From Bugula neritina (lineage: Eukaryota; Animalia; Bryozoa), in contig OZ037769.1 of the NCBI GenBank assembly GCA_964035545.1, forward strand, positions 17,576,633-17,640,632: a DNA stretch of 64,000 bases. The letters are read 5' to 3'. Positions within the stretch are counted from its first letter, which is position 1, and each line of letters starts with the position of its first letter. A model generated the notes under the pieces. The model had not been told where the DNA came from. It saw nothing but the letters and a program-made list of their open reading frames with translations, and did no database searches. This document shows, piece after piece, positions 26,801 to 38,653 of this stretch. A program made the position numbers and the translations under genes.

Positions 26801-29800
26801 ACTGTGACTACAACTACTAGTACTGTGACTATAACTACTAGTACTGTGACTACAACAACTAGTACTGTGACTACTACTACTAGTACTGTGACTATAACTA
26901 CTAGCAGCACAACTGCAAACTACTTGCCTGTGGGTAGACAGAAGACGACACAACTTCAGGTCTGCACATCACACCTTCATTTGTCATTGTATACGAGGCT
27001 AACGACTGCAAGACATCGAGCACACTGATGCTGTGGACTACACTCATCCAATCAGCATACCTGTAACAGTATACTCTACTACACTCATCCAATCAGCATA
27101 CCTGTAACAGTATACTGTACTACACTCATCCAATCAGCATACCTGTAACACTATACTCTACTACTCATCCAATCAGCATACCTGTAACAGTGTACTCTAC
27201 TACACTCATCCAATCAGCATACCTGTAACAGTATACTCTACTACACTCATCCAATCAGCATACCTGTAACACTATACTCTACTACTCATCCAATCAGCAT
27301 ACCTGTAACAGTGTACTCTACTACACCCATCCAATCAGCATACCTGTAACAGTATACTGTACTACACTCATCCAATCATCATACCTGTAACAGTATACTC
27401 TACTACACTCATCCAATCAGCATACCTGTAACAGTATACTGTACTACACTCATCCAATCAGCATACCTGTAACACTATACTCTACTACACTCATCCAATC
27501 AGCATACCTGTAACAGTATACTGTACTACACTCATCCAATCAGCATACCTGTAACAGCATACTGTATCGATAGTAATGCAACTCACCTTTCATCAAACTT
27601 ATTAAACAATTTCCTCATCGTGTCTTTGAGAGCAACATCTTGCTTAGCCTCAGCTTCCATCAGTTCGACGAGTAGGGCCTTAGTCTTCTGAGTGACGTAA
27701 CGCTTGTAGTTCTTCCTCTGTCCACTCAGCTCATATGTTGAAGGAACTCGTCCACTCACTGAGTCTGGTACCTCAAGTTGATAGCGATTCTTCGCTGTAC
27801 CCACATACTGTACCTGCTACAGTATATAATACATGTACCCACATACTGTACCTGCTACAGTATATAATACATGTACCCACATACTGTACCTGCTACAGTA
27901 TATAATACATGTACTCACATACTGTACCCACTACTGTATTATATTATACAGAAACTTGAGGAAACATTAACCTGGGTTCCTAAGAGCTTTCTCTGAGACT
28001 TCAGATACTCGTCCAACTGTAGACTCAGTTCTTCAATTTCCTTCACAGATTCATCATATTCCTCCACATAGCCTGAGGTAAACATACAATATACTATATA
28101 CTTCATAGATAGTCATATATATACTAGATAGTAATATATATACTAGATAGTTATATATACTAGATAGTTATATATACTAGATAGTTATATATATACTAGA
28201 TAGTAATATATATACTAGATAGTTATATATATACTAGATAGTAATATATATACTAGATAGTTATATACACTAGATAGTTATATATATACTAGATAGTTAT
28301 ATATACTAGATAGTTATATATACTAGATAGTTATATATATATACTAGATAGTTATATATACTAGATAGTAATATATATACTAGATAGTTATATATATACT
28401 AGATAGTTATATATACTAGATAGTTATATATATACTAGATAGTTATATATACTAGATAGTAATATATACTAGATAGTTATATATACTAGATAGTTATATA
28501 TACTAGATAGTTATATATACTAGATAGTTATATATACTAGATAGTTATATATACTAGATAGTTATATATACTAGATAGTAATATACACTAGATAGTTATA
28601 ATATACTAGATAGTTATATATATACTAGATAGTTATATATACTAGATAGTAATATATATACTAGATAGTTATATATATACTAGATAGTTATATATATACT
28701 AGATAGTTATATATACTAGATAGTTATATATATACTAGATAGTTATATATACTAGATAGTAATATATACTAGATAGTTATATATACTAGATAGTTATATA
28801 TACTAGATAGTTATATATACTAGATAGTTATATATACTAGATAGTTATATATATATACTAGATAGTTATATATATATACTAGATAGTTATATATATATAC
28901 TAGATAGTTATATATACTAGATAGTAATATATATACTAGATAGTTATATACACTAGATAGTTATAATATACTAGATAGTTATATATATACTAGATAGTTA
29001 TATATACTAGATAGTAATATATATACTAGATAGTTATATATATACTAGATAGTAATATATATACTAGATAGTTATTTATATACTAGATAGTTATATATAT
29101 ACTAGATAGTTATATATACTAGATAGTTATATATACTAGATAGTTATATATACTAGATAGTTATATATACTAGATAGTTATATATATATACTAGATAGTT
29201 ATATATACTAGATAGTTATATATACTAGATAGTTATATATATATACTAGATAGTTATATATATACTAGATAGTTATATATATACTAGATAGTTATATATA
29301 TACTAGATAGTTATATATATACTAGATAGTTATATATACTAGATAGTAATATATATACTAGATAGTTATATATATACTAGATAGTAATATATATACTAGA
29401 TAGTTATATATATACTAGATAGTTATATATATACTAGATAGTTATATATACTAGATAGTTATATATATACTAGATAGTTATATATACTAGATAGTAATAT
29501 ATACTAGATAGTTATATATACTAGATAGTTATATATACTAGATAGTTATATATACTAGATAGTTATATATATATACTAGATAGTTATATATATACTAGAT
29601 AGTTATATATATACTAGATAGTTATATATATACTAGATAGTTATATATACTAGATAGTTATATATATACTAGATAGTAATATATATACTAGATAGTAATA
29701 TATATACTAGATAGTTATATATACTAGATAGTTATATACACTAGATAGTTATATACACTAGATAGTTATATACTAGATAGTTATATATATACTAGATAGT

Positions 29801-32800
29801 CATATATATACTAGATAGTCATATATATACTAGATAGTAATATATATACTAGATAGTAATATATATACTAGATAGTTATATATACTAGATAGTTATATAC
29901 TAGATAGTTATATATACTAGATAGTTATATATACTAGATAGTTATATATACTAGATAGTTATATATACTAGATAGTCATATATACTAGATAGTTATATAT
30001 ACTAGATAGTTATATATACTAGATAGTTATATATATACTAGATAGTCATATATATACTAGATAGTTATATATATACTAGATAGTTATATATATACTAGAT
30101 AGTAATATATATACTAGATAGTTATATATACTAGATAGTTATATACTAGATAGTTATATATACTAGATAGTTATATATACTAGATAGTTATATATACTAG
30201 ATAGTTATATATACTAGATAGTCATATATACTAGATAGTTATATATACTAGATAGTTATATATATACTAGATAGTCATATATATACTAGATAGTTATATA
30301 TATACTAGATAGTTATATATATACTAGATAGTAATATATACTAGATAGTAATATATATACTAGATAGTTATATATACTAGATAGTTATATATATACTAGA
30401 TAGTAATATATATACTAGATAGTTATATATACTAGATAGTTATATATACTAGATAGATATATATACTAGATAGTTATATACACTAGATAGTTATATACTA
30501 GATAGTTATATAATATATATATTAGATACGAGATACAAACCTCTAGATGGATGAATAGCACCAGCTTTCCTTGCAGCTTCATGATCAAAAGCCTCCTGTA
30601 ACAAGTGTAAATGTAGTGTAGAGGATACTGTAGAGGATACTGTAGTGTAAAGGATACTGTAGCGGATACTGTAGAGGATACTGTAGAGGATACTGTAGAG
30701 GATAATGTAGAGGATACTGTAGAGGATACTGTACTGTAGAGGATACTGTAGGAGTATGCATACACACCTCAAAGTATTGTAATTGTTGTCTCACATCACA
30801 CAGCTGTCCACCATCTTGTGTGAATGTAACACATTTCTTCAATATCTTGGAACTGCATAATGATATTCGATGTAATGTATATTAATATACAGTATTATAC
30901 TGCATTTTAATATACAGTATAATACTTACTGTATATTAATATACAGTATTATACTGCATATTAATATACAGTACAATAGTGTAGTTATATTAATATATGG
31001 TAACATGTTACTCACGTGATGGGAACGTCTCGGAAGAACGGTACAACTTGCACAGCCAACTTGAAGCCAGCAATGACCGACAGGAAACTGTCAATCTTCC
31101 GCTTGCTGTAGACCTCATTGTCAAACATCACAGCTCGGCTGTCTGGGTGAGTCTTGGCGCGCTTGGCGTGTCCCAGGGTGTGAATCCTAACCAACATATA
31201 ACGTGTAGTACACAGCCAATCAGAGCACAGTATAGTACACAGCCAATCAGAGCACAGTATAGTACACAGCCACTCAGAGCACAGTATAGTACACAGCCAA
31301 TCAGAGCACAGTATAGTACACAGCCAATCAGAGCATAGTATAGTACACAGCCAATCAAACGCTACCTGCTAAGTTGCCTTTCAAAGTCCGGCTGCTTCTT
31401 CAGAATATCCGACTGTAACTGTGATAGGTTGCCGAGTGCCTTGAGGTTGCAGACAGCCTCCAGTCTGTCCTGTAATCATGTGACACTTACTAGTCTGTAA
31501 TCATGTGACACTTACTAGTCTGTGATCATGTGACACTTACTATTCTGTAATCATGTGACACTTACTAGTCTGTAATCATGTGACACTTACTATTCTGTGA
31601 TCATGTGACACTTACTAGTCTGTGATCATGTGACACTTACTAGCCAGTAATCATGTGACACTTACTAGTCTGTGATACTTACACTTACTAGCCTGTGATA
31701 CTTACACTTACTAGCCTGTGATACTTACACTTACTAGCCTGTGATACTTACACTTACTAGCCTGTGATACTTACATTTATCAGTTCGGGGTCACAGAGGG
31801 GAGCACTAAGCCACTCTCTCAATAGTCTCTTTCCACCAGCTGTTTGGCACCTATCCAAACGCTCAATAAGGGACCCCTCTCTAGTGCCCGTTGACTGACT
31901 TTCAAAGATGTCTAAATTAGCCAAAGTTACCGAGTCTAAAACCTGAAAGAGAGCTACAGGTGTTAGAAAACCCCCTTTATTCTAACATATACTCAATATA
32001 TACTATGACTTACACTTTATAGAAATACAGCAGTATGTAGACAATAATATAGTACACATGTATATTCTAACATATACTCTATAGAAATACAGCAGTATGT
32101 AGACAATATAGTACACGTGTATATTCTAACATATATTCTATAGAAATACAGCAGTATGTAGACAATAATATAGTACACATGTATATTCTAACATATACTC
32201 TATAGAAATACAGCAGTATGTAGACAATATAGTACACGTGTATATTCTAACATATACTCTATAGAAATACAGCAGTATGTAGACAACATAGTACACATGT
32301 ATATTCTAACATATACTCTATAGAAATACAGCAGTATGTAGACAATATAGTACACATGTATATTCTAACATATATTCTATAGAAATACAGCAGTATGTAA
32401 ACAATAATATAGTACACATGTATATTCTAACATATATTCTATAGAAATACAGCAGTATGTAAACAATAATATAGTACACATGTATATTCTAACATATACT
32501 CTATATAAATACAGCAGTATGTAGACAATAATATAGTACACATGTATATTCTAACATATACTCTATAGAAATACAGCAGTATGTAGACAATATAGTACAC
32601 ATGTCTACATACCATTTTAGAAGACTTGAGCACGAGAGCAGCACTGGCGGAGAGACGGTCTACAGGTACATACTCGGTGAAGGAAGTGAGAGACATGATT
32701 TCATCATCCAAGTAAGAGAATCTGAGGTACCAGAGAAGTGCACCCAGTGACCTCATCGCCAATTCGTATTCTCCTTTAGCCTTTCTGAATACAGCATCAC

Positions 32801-35800
32801 CTGGAAACATTTCACACACTTACCTTCTGACTCACTTACTTACCTTCTGACTCACTTATCTTCTGACTCACTCACTCACCTTCTGACTCACTTATCTTCT
32901 GACTCACTTACCTTCTGACTCACTTACCTTCTGACTCACTTACCTTCTGACTCACTCACTCACCTTCTGACTCACTCACTTACCTTCTGACTCACTCACT
33001 CACCTTCTGACTCACTTACCTTCTGACTCACTTACCTTCTGACTCACTTACCTTCTGACTCACTCACTTACCTTCTGACTCACACACCTTCTGACTCACT
33101 TACCTTCTGACTCACTTATCTTCTGACTCACACACTTACCTTCTGACTCACTCACCTTCTGACTCACTTACCTTCTGACTCACTTACTTACCTTCTGACT
33201 CGCACCCTTACTTTTTGACTCACTCACTCACCTTCTGATAGCATGTTCTTGAGTGCGTCTGGCCATACCACTGGTTCCTCACCCTTCCTGAAGTAATCTG
33301 ACTCGGAGAGCACCTGGATGGTACGCTCACTGTCCCAGAATTCTTTGGTACAGACGAGAGCTTCCTTCCTGACAGAGGAGAGAGTAGTCTTGAAAAGGTG
33401 GGAGAAGAGGAGAGAGGGGGGCTTCTTCTCGTGTAGGATGTGTCCCGGTGGGTGGTGGGCAAGGAGGGTTCTGACTCTTGAGCCAGATCTGTCATCATCA
33501 AACTCACCAACCTGCATCCCAGTGTGTGCATATAACATATTATTATATATATCAGTATATTATTATATAGTGAATATACGTAGTATATGAGTATATTATT
33601 ATATAGTGCGTAGTATATCAGTATATTATTATATAGTACGTAGTAGATGAGTATATTATTATCAGTATATGCTGTAGTGTGAAGAGTGACTCACATGAAT
33701 CAGACCAATAGAAGTGTCCAGGAAACAGACACCTATACGACTGCTTCCATCACCAACTTTCTCGCACACAGCCAGCAGATGTTTGGAAGGCGTGTCTATC
33801 GTCTCGCCATCGAGGAAGTTGGAAGTTCTGGTGCCGGGAGTTGTTATCTGGCAGATTTCTCTCCTCACCACTTTGTCGAACTTAGTCGCTCTTGAGTCTG
33901 TAGACAGCATCATATCACTTATACTACTCTACCTATGCTACTCTACCTATGCTACTCTACCTATACTACTCTACCTATACTACTCTACCTATACTACTCT
34001 ACCTATACTACTCTACCTATACTACTCTACCTATACTACTCTACCTATACTACTCTACCTATGCTACTCTACTTATACTACTCTACCTATACTACTCTAC
34101 CTATGCTACTCTACCTATACTACTCTACCTATGCTACTCTACCTATGCTACTCTACCTATGCTACTCTACCTATGCTACTCTACCTATGCTACTCTACCT
34201 ATGCTACTCTACTTATACTACTCTACCTATACTACTCTACCTATGCTACTCTACCTATACTACTCTACCTATACTACTCTACCTATACTACTCTACCTAT
34301 ACTACTCTACCTATACTACTCTACCTATACTACTCTACCTATGCTACTCTACCTATGCTACTCTACCTATGCTACTCTACTTATACTACTCTACCTATAC
34401 TACTCTACCTATACTACTCTACTTATACTACTCTACCTATGCTACTCTACCTATGCTACTCTACCTATGCTACTCTACCTATACTACTCTACCTATGCTA
34501 CTCTACCTATACTACTCTACCTATACTACTCTACCTATGCTACTCTACCTATACTACTCTACCTATGCTACTCTACCTATACTACTCTACCTATGCTACT
34601 CTACCTATGCTACTCTACCTATACTACTCTACCTATGCTACTCTACCTATGCTACTCTACCTATGCTACTCTACCTATGCTACTCTACCTATACTACTCT
34701 ACCTATGCTACTCTACCTATGCTACTCTACCTATGCTACTCTACCTATGCTACTCTACCTATGCTACTCTACCTATACTACTCTACCTATACTACTCTAC
34801 CTATACTACTCTACCTATGCTACTGGCAGTTAGTGATACTCTACTGATACTACTGGCAGTTAGTGATACTCTACTGATACTACCGGCAGTTAGTGATACT
34901 CTACTGATACTACTGGCAGTTAGTGATACTCTACTGATACTACTGGCAGTTAGTGATACTCTACTGATACTACTGGCAGTTAGTGATACTCTACTGATAC
35001 TACTGGCAGTTAGTGATACTCTACTGATACTACTGGCAGTTAGTGATACTCACTCTGACTCACTCTCTGACTCATCATTTCTGGTGTCTCTGTCTGCTCT
35101 ATCCTCGCAATCTTGTAACCTTTCCTCAGCAGTGTGTCAGCGTACCGGCCATACGCTCGCTCGGGAAACCCGGCGTGAGCATAATCACCCTGCAGCGAAT
35201 ATTCAACTCTATGATACACACACAGTCAGTCCGCAGTGAATATTCAACTCTATGATATACACACAGTCAGTCCGCAGTGAATATTCAACTCTATGATATA
35301 CACACAGTCAGTCCGCAGTGAATATTCAACTCTATGATATACACACAGTCAGTCCGCAGTGAATATTCAACTCTATGATATACACAGTCAGCCCGCAGTG
35401 AATATTCAACTCTATGATATACACACAGTCAGTCCGCAGTGAATATTCAACTCTATGATACACACAGTCAGCCCGCAGTGAATATTCAACTCTATGATAT
35501 ACACACAGTCAGTCCGCAGTGAATATTCAACTCTATGATATACACACAGTCAGTCCGCAGTGAATATTCAACTCTATGATACACACAGTCAGTCCGCAGT
35601 GAATATTCAACTCTATGATATACACAGTCAGCCCGCAGTGAATAGCAATGTACACAACAAACCTTCATGTATAGTAGCCCAAGTTCCTTCACTCCTATAG
35701 TTGCATCCATGTGAAAAAACTCGTAGAACTTCCCCATCTGTAAGTGAAACTATATGCTGTAACAAGTAGGCCAATATTTTACAAAATGGAGGGAAAGTTA

Positions 35801-36021
35801 CAGGAACTAAACTTTTCTACAAACTATATAAACTGTCAGATATGTGTTTACAGTATTTAGGAATCGGTTCAGTAGAAGAGTTAGACTCACCTTAAAGAAG
35901 AGCACAGTATCAAAGTGATCTTCCTTCAAATCCCACCATTGTCTCATGGCCTGCAAAGTAGACAACAAGTATGTTGTAGATGCATCAGGGACAATAGTTT
36001 ACGGTATAACACAGCATTACA

Positions 36022-36066
<45 letters not shown>

Positions 36067-38249
36067 CAGTAGTAGTAGTAGCAGCAGTACTTGTAGTAGT
36101 ACTAGTAGTATTAGTAGTAGTACTACTACTAGTAGAGTACTTACAGGAGTGACACTCTTCTTGTAAGCCTCAGGTACATAGAGAGTCCTACAGTCATACT
36201 CAGGGTGGGACTTCAGCCTCTTCTCTTTATCTCTAATCTTATCCTCAGCTAGAAACTCTAATTGAACATGGCGCTTCTGCTCACTCGACTCATTCAACTA
36301 GTTTATTATGAAGAAGATAATATGAGATGTAATCTGTAGTATAATATGAGATGTAATCTGTAGTATAATATGAGATGTAATCTGTAGTAGTATAATATGA
36401 GATGTAATCTGTAGTATAATATGAGATGTAATCTGTAGTATAATATGAGATGTAATCTGTAGTATAATATGAGATGTAATCTGTAGTAGTATAATATGAG
36501 ATGTAATCTGTAGTATAATATGAGATGTAATCTGTAGTATAATATGAGATGTAATCTGTAGTAGTATAATATGAGATGTAATCTGTAGTATAATATGAGA
36601 TGTAATCTGTAGTATAATATGAGATGTAATCTGTAGTAGTATAATATGAGATGTAATCTGTAGTATAATATGAGATGTAATCTGTAGTATAATATGAGAT
36701 GTAATCTGTAGTAGTATAATATGAGATGTAATCTGTAGTGAAGCCAACCTCTGAGGGAGCAGAGAAACTGGAAAGTTTGGAGACCACCTTGGAACCAACG
36801 CTGGGTGACTGAGTTGGAGTGGAGGGAGGTTTTGGAGTAGAGCAACTGCTGGGTAGTGACAGTCTCTACCAAATATGTGCATATATATGTCAGAGTAGCA
36901 ATATGTATATGTAATGTAATGTAATAATATGTAATATACATGTATGCATATATGTGTTCAGAGTAGAAGATAAACTGTACCTTGGATGTTGGTTTACTCA
37001 AAGACTCACTGGATTCCACATCAGAGTCTGTGTCCATAGCCTCAGGTTCATAGTTACTGTCAGCCTCAGCATCCCTCTCTGCAAATACAGTTGTTATGAG
37101 AGTAGCTACACCACAAGTAAGAGAGAGTAGCTACATGACAAGTAAGAGAGAGTAGCTACACCACAAGTAAGAGAAAGTAGCTACACCACAAGTAAGAGAG
37201 AGTAGCTACATGACAAGTAAGAGAGAGTAGCTACATGACAAGTAAGAGAGAGCAGCGATGAAGTGGTAAACACTCACCTGCTCTGACATCATTCTCATCA
37301 CTATCTTCACTCTCATCAGAAATTATTACCCTGCGACGCTTTGGTTTTGTGTTCTCCTTCGTAGACTGAGAAATACGCTTGCTCTAGAAAAGTAGCTTAT
37401 CAATAGAACAACAATATGTACTATATAACTGGGTATTTACCTGAGTATAATACTATTCACCTGGGTATTTACCTGAGTATAATACTATTCACCTGGGTAT
37501 TTACCTGAGTATAATACTATTCACCTGGGTATTTACCTGAGTATAATACTATTCACCTGGGTATTTATCTGAGTATAATACTATTCACCTGAGAACGAAC
37601 TGGTGTTGAATCATTTGGCTTGGGGGAGAGCTTTGGATTCTCAGGGGTAGATCCTATGAGATAAAAAGATGGGACTAGTATTGAATAAACTAACATACCA
37701 ATACAGCGTTGATTACTAGTATTGAATAAACTAACATACAGTATAGTGAGTTGTAGCATTGTTATTGTACTTTAGAAGTTATTCAACTTTCAAGGTTTAA
37801 TAAAGTGAATATCATTCAATAATTGCTTTATCATTATTCATTATGATAATCGAAATATGTCTACAATCATAATGATAATGATCATCAATTACTGAATTAG
37901 ATATATAATAAATAAATAATGACATTATTAATATTTATTAATATATTTATAATTATAATCTATAAAATCGTAACATTAAATTTAATTGTAATATTCGTGT
38001 TAACTACAGCTTCATGACCATGACGTCTATATTTTAGTTTAACTGGTTAACGAAGTTGCATAAATTTATACATAATCAATATGAATATCAGTATTGATAA
38101 TCATTAATGATTAATATTTAATGATAATCATAATCATAATGATAACGTGATTTTGTTTTCCAACCTTTTAAATTTTGAATTTCTTTATCACAGCCATGTC
38201 TTTTATTACTGGGAGATTTAAAGTATGCGAATAAAGACTTCTGAGACAT
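20832..38249 (-). CDS. MSH6: DNA mismatch repair protein MSH6 (MutS-alpha subunit), ~1147 aa, 27 exons
   Basis: Exons 38249-38165, 37653-37589, 37383-37278, 37078-36981, 36865-36749, 36297-36145, 35950-35891, 35737-35663, 35189-35054, 33897-33695, 33511-33232, 32800-32613, 31942-31775, 31469-31366, 31186-31016, 30852-30768, 30595-30541, 28072-27972, 27813-27587, 27060-26928, 26345-26247, 26012-25896, 25503-25326, 25139-24985, 21790-21638, 21559-21492, 20895-20832. N-terminal PIP box [35 protein letters not shown] (Phe-X-Glu), Walker [11 protein letters not shown], Walker [31 protein letters not shown]. Confidence 0.96.
20970..21480. repeat. 22-bp minisatellite, last MSH6 intron
   Basis: Unit ATACACTACTATACGGTATAT(T/C). 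Confidence 0.93.
21799..24963. repeat. 15-bp minisatellite, ~210 copies, MSH6 intron 24
   Basis: Unit ATAGTA(C/G/T)AGTGGTAT; source of the four ~1100-aa artefact ORFs. Confidence 0.98.
25515..25886. repeat. 13-bp minisatellite, MSH6 intron 22
   Basis: Unit TAGAGTAGTATTA. Confidence 0.95.
26028..26240. repeat. 27-bp minisatellite, MSH6 intron 21
   Basis: Unit TGTGTACACAGTATGTACCAACACATG. Confidence 0.9.
26360..26905. repeat. 21-bp minisatellite filling the GC-AG intron 20 of MSH6
   Basis: Unit TAGTACTGTGACTACAACTAC. Confidence 0.95.
27037..27566 (-). repeat. 39-41-bp repeat x13 spanning the acceptor and first ~24 nt of MSH6 exon 20
   Basis: Minus-strand unit TACAGTATACTGTTACAG|GTATGCTGATTGGATGAGTGTAG. 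Confidence 0.96.
27797..27930 (-). repeat. 38-bp repeat x3 spanning the acceptor of MSH6 exon 19
   Basis: Minus-strand unit ATGTATTATATACTGTAGCAG|GTACAGTATGTGGGTAC. Confidence 0.92.
28100..30512. repeat. CTAGATAGT(T/A)(AT)n minisatellite, ~2.4 kb, MSH6 intron 17
   Basis: Roughly 15-23-bp units with variable TA number. Confidence 0.97.
31205..31357. repeat. 27-bp minisatellite, MSH6 intron 14
   Basis: Unit TAGTACACAGCCAATCAGAGCACAGTA. Confidence 0.9.
31470..31774 (-). repeat. MSH6 intron 13 built almost entirely of 23-bp and 25-bp units carrying GTAAGT and YAG
   Basis: Minus-strand units GTAAGTATCACAGGCTAGTAAGT and GTAAGTGTCACATGATTACAGACTA. Confidence 0.92.
32017..32604. repeat. ~60-63-bp minisatellite, MSH6 intron 12
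   Basis: Unit TATAGAAATACAGCAGTATGTAGACAATA(ATA)TAGTACACATGTATATTCTAACATATACTC. Confidence 0.93.
32816..33239 (-). repeat. 16-20-bp repeat (~23 copies) of the exon-11 donor, MSH6 intron 11
   Basis: Minus-strand unit TCAGAAG|GTAAGTGAG. Confidence 0.95.
33920..35053. repeat. 14-bp array followed by 30-bp array, MSH6 intron 9
   Basis: CTACTCTACCTAT(A/G) then TACTGGCAGTTAGTGATACTCTACTGATAC. Confidence 0.95.
35192..35645. repeat. 39-41-bp minisatellite, MSH6 intron 8
   Basis: Unit GCAGTGAATATTCAACTCTATGATATACACACAGTCAGTCC. Confidence 0.93.
36318..36740. repeat. 24/27-bp minisatellite, MSH6 intron 5
   Basis: Unit ATAATATGAGATGTAATCTGTAGT(AGT). Confidence 0.93.
37429..37593 (-). repeat. 32-bp repeat x5 carrying two donor-like sites per unit, MSH6 intron 2
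   Basis: Minus-strand unit CAG|GTGAATAGTATTATACTCAG|GTAAATACC. Confidence 0.9.
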
Positions 38250-38653
38250 TTCAGCTTCATCAAACTTAGTAAGTTGGGGTGCCTGTTCTCTCTATGTGTG
38301 CAAAAAACAAACGGTAACGGTAAGGCACAAGTATGGGATGGAATGTTGTTTATGAAGGGCCGAACACGTGCCTCTGTTCCCGCATTTTTTGTATAGCTAC
38401 GCGTCGTTCTAGATATCACTTTATTTCATATCATTAACGAACACTTATTTGTTAGTTTTCAATAACCTAAATTTCTAAATATGCACTTCTGACACCGACT
38501 GGCCCTCGTCTGCAGTTTCAAGAAGTACCTTAAGTACATTGCTACTAACTGATCGCTTGGTGCTATTTTACTTGAGAAGTTGAGCCTGACAATCATAATG
38601 ATTACTGAAATGTTGGATGCCCGACATTAGTAGATTTGATTATTGTAAGAACT
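38250..38653. promoter_or_regulatory. Probable bidirectional promoter shared by MSH6 and KIF13
   Basis: Only 404 bp between divergent ATGs; repeat-free and relatively CpG-rich; contains CACGTG (~38365), TTCCCGC (~38377) and ACGCGT (~38399). Motif function is inference. Confidence 0.6.

Noticed and set aside
31205-31357. Tandem CCAAT boxes (AGCCAATCAG) as an internal promoter
   Set aside because: Most simply one of many local intronic expansions; no other promoter evidence.
20832-38249. MSH6 pseudogenisation as the cause of repeat instability
   Set aside because: All 27 exons join in phase with no stop, and the PIP, Phe-X-Glu and Walker motifs are intact.
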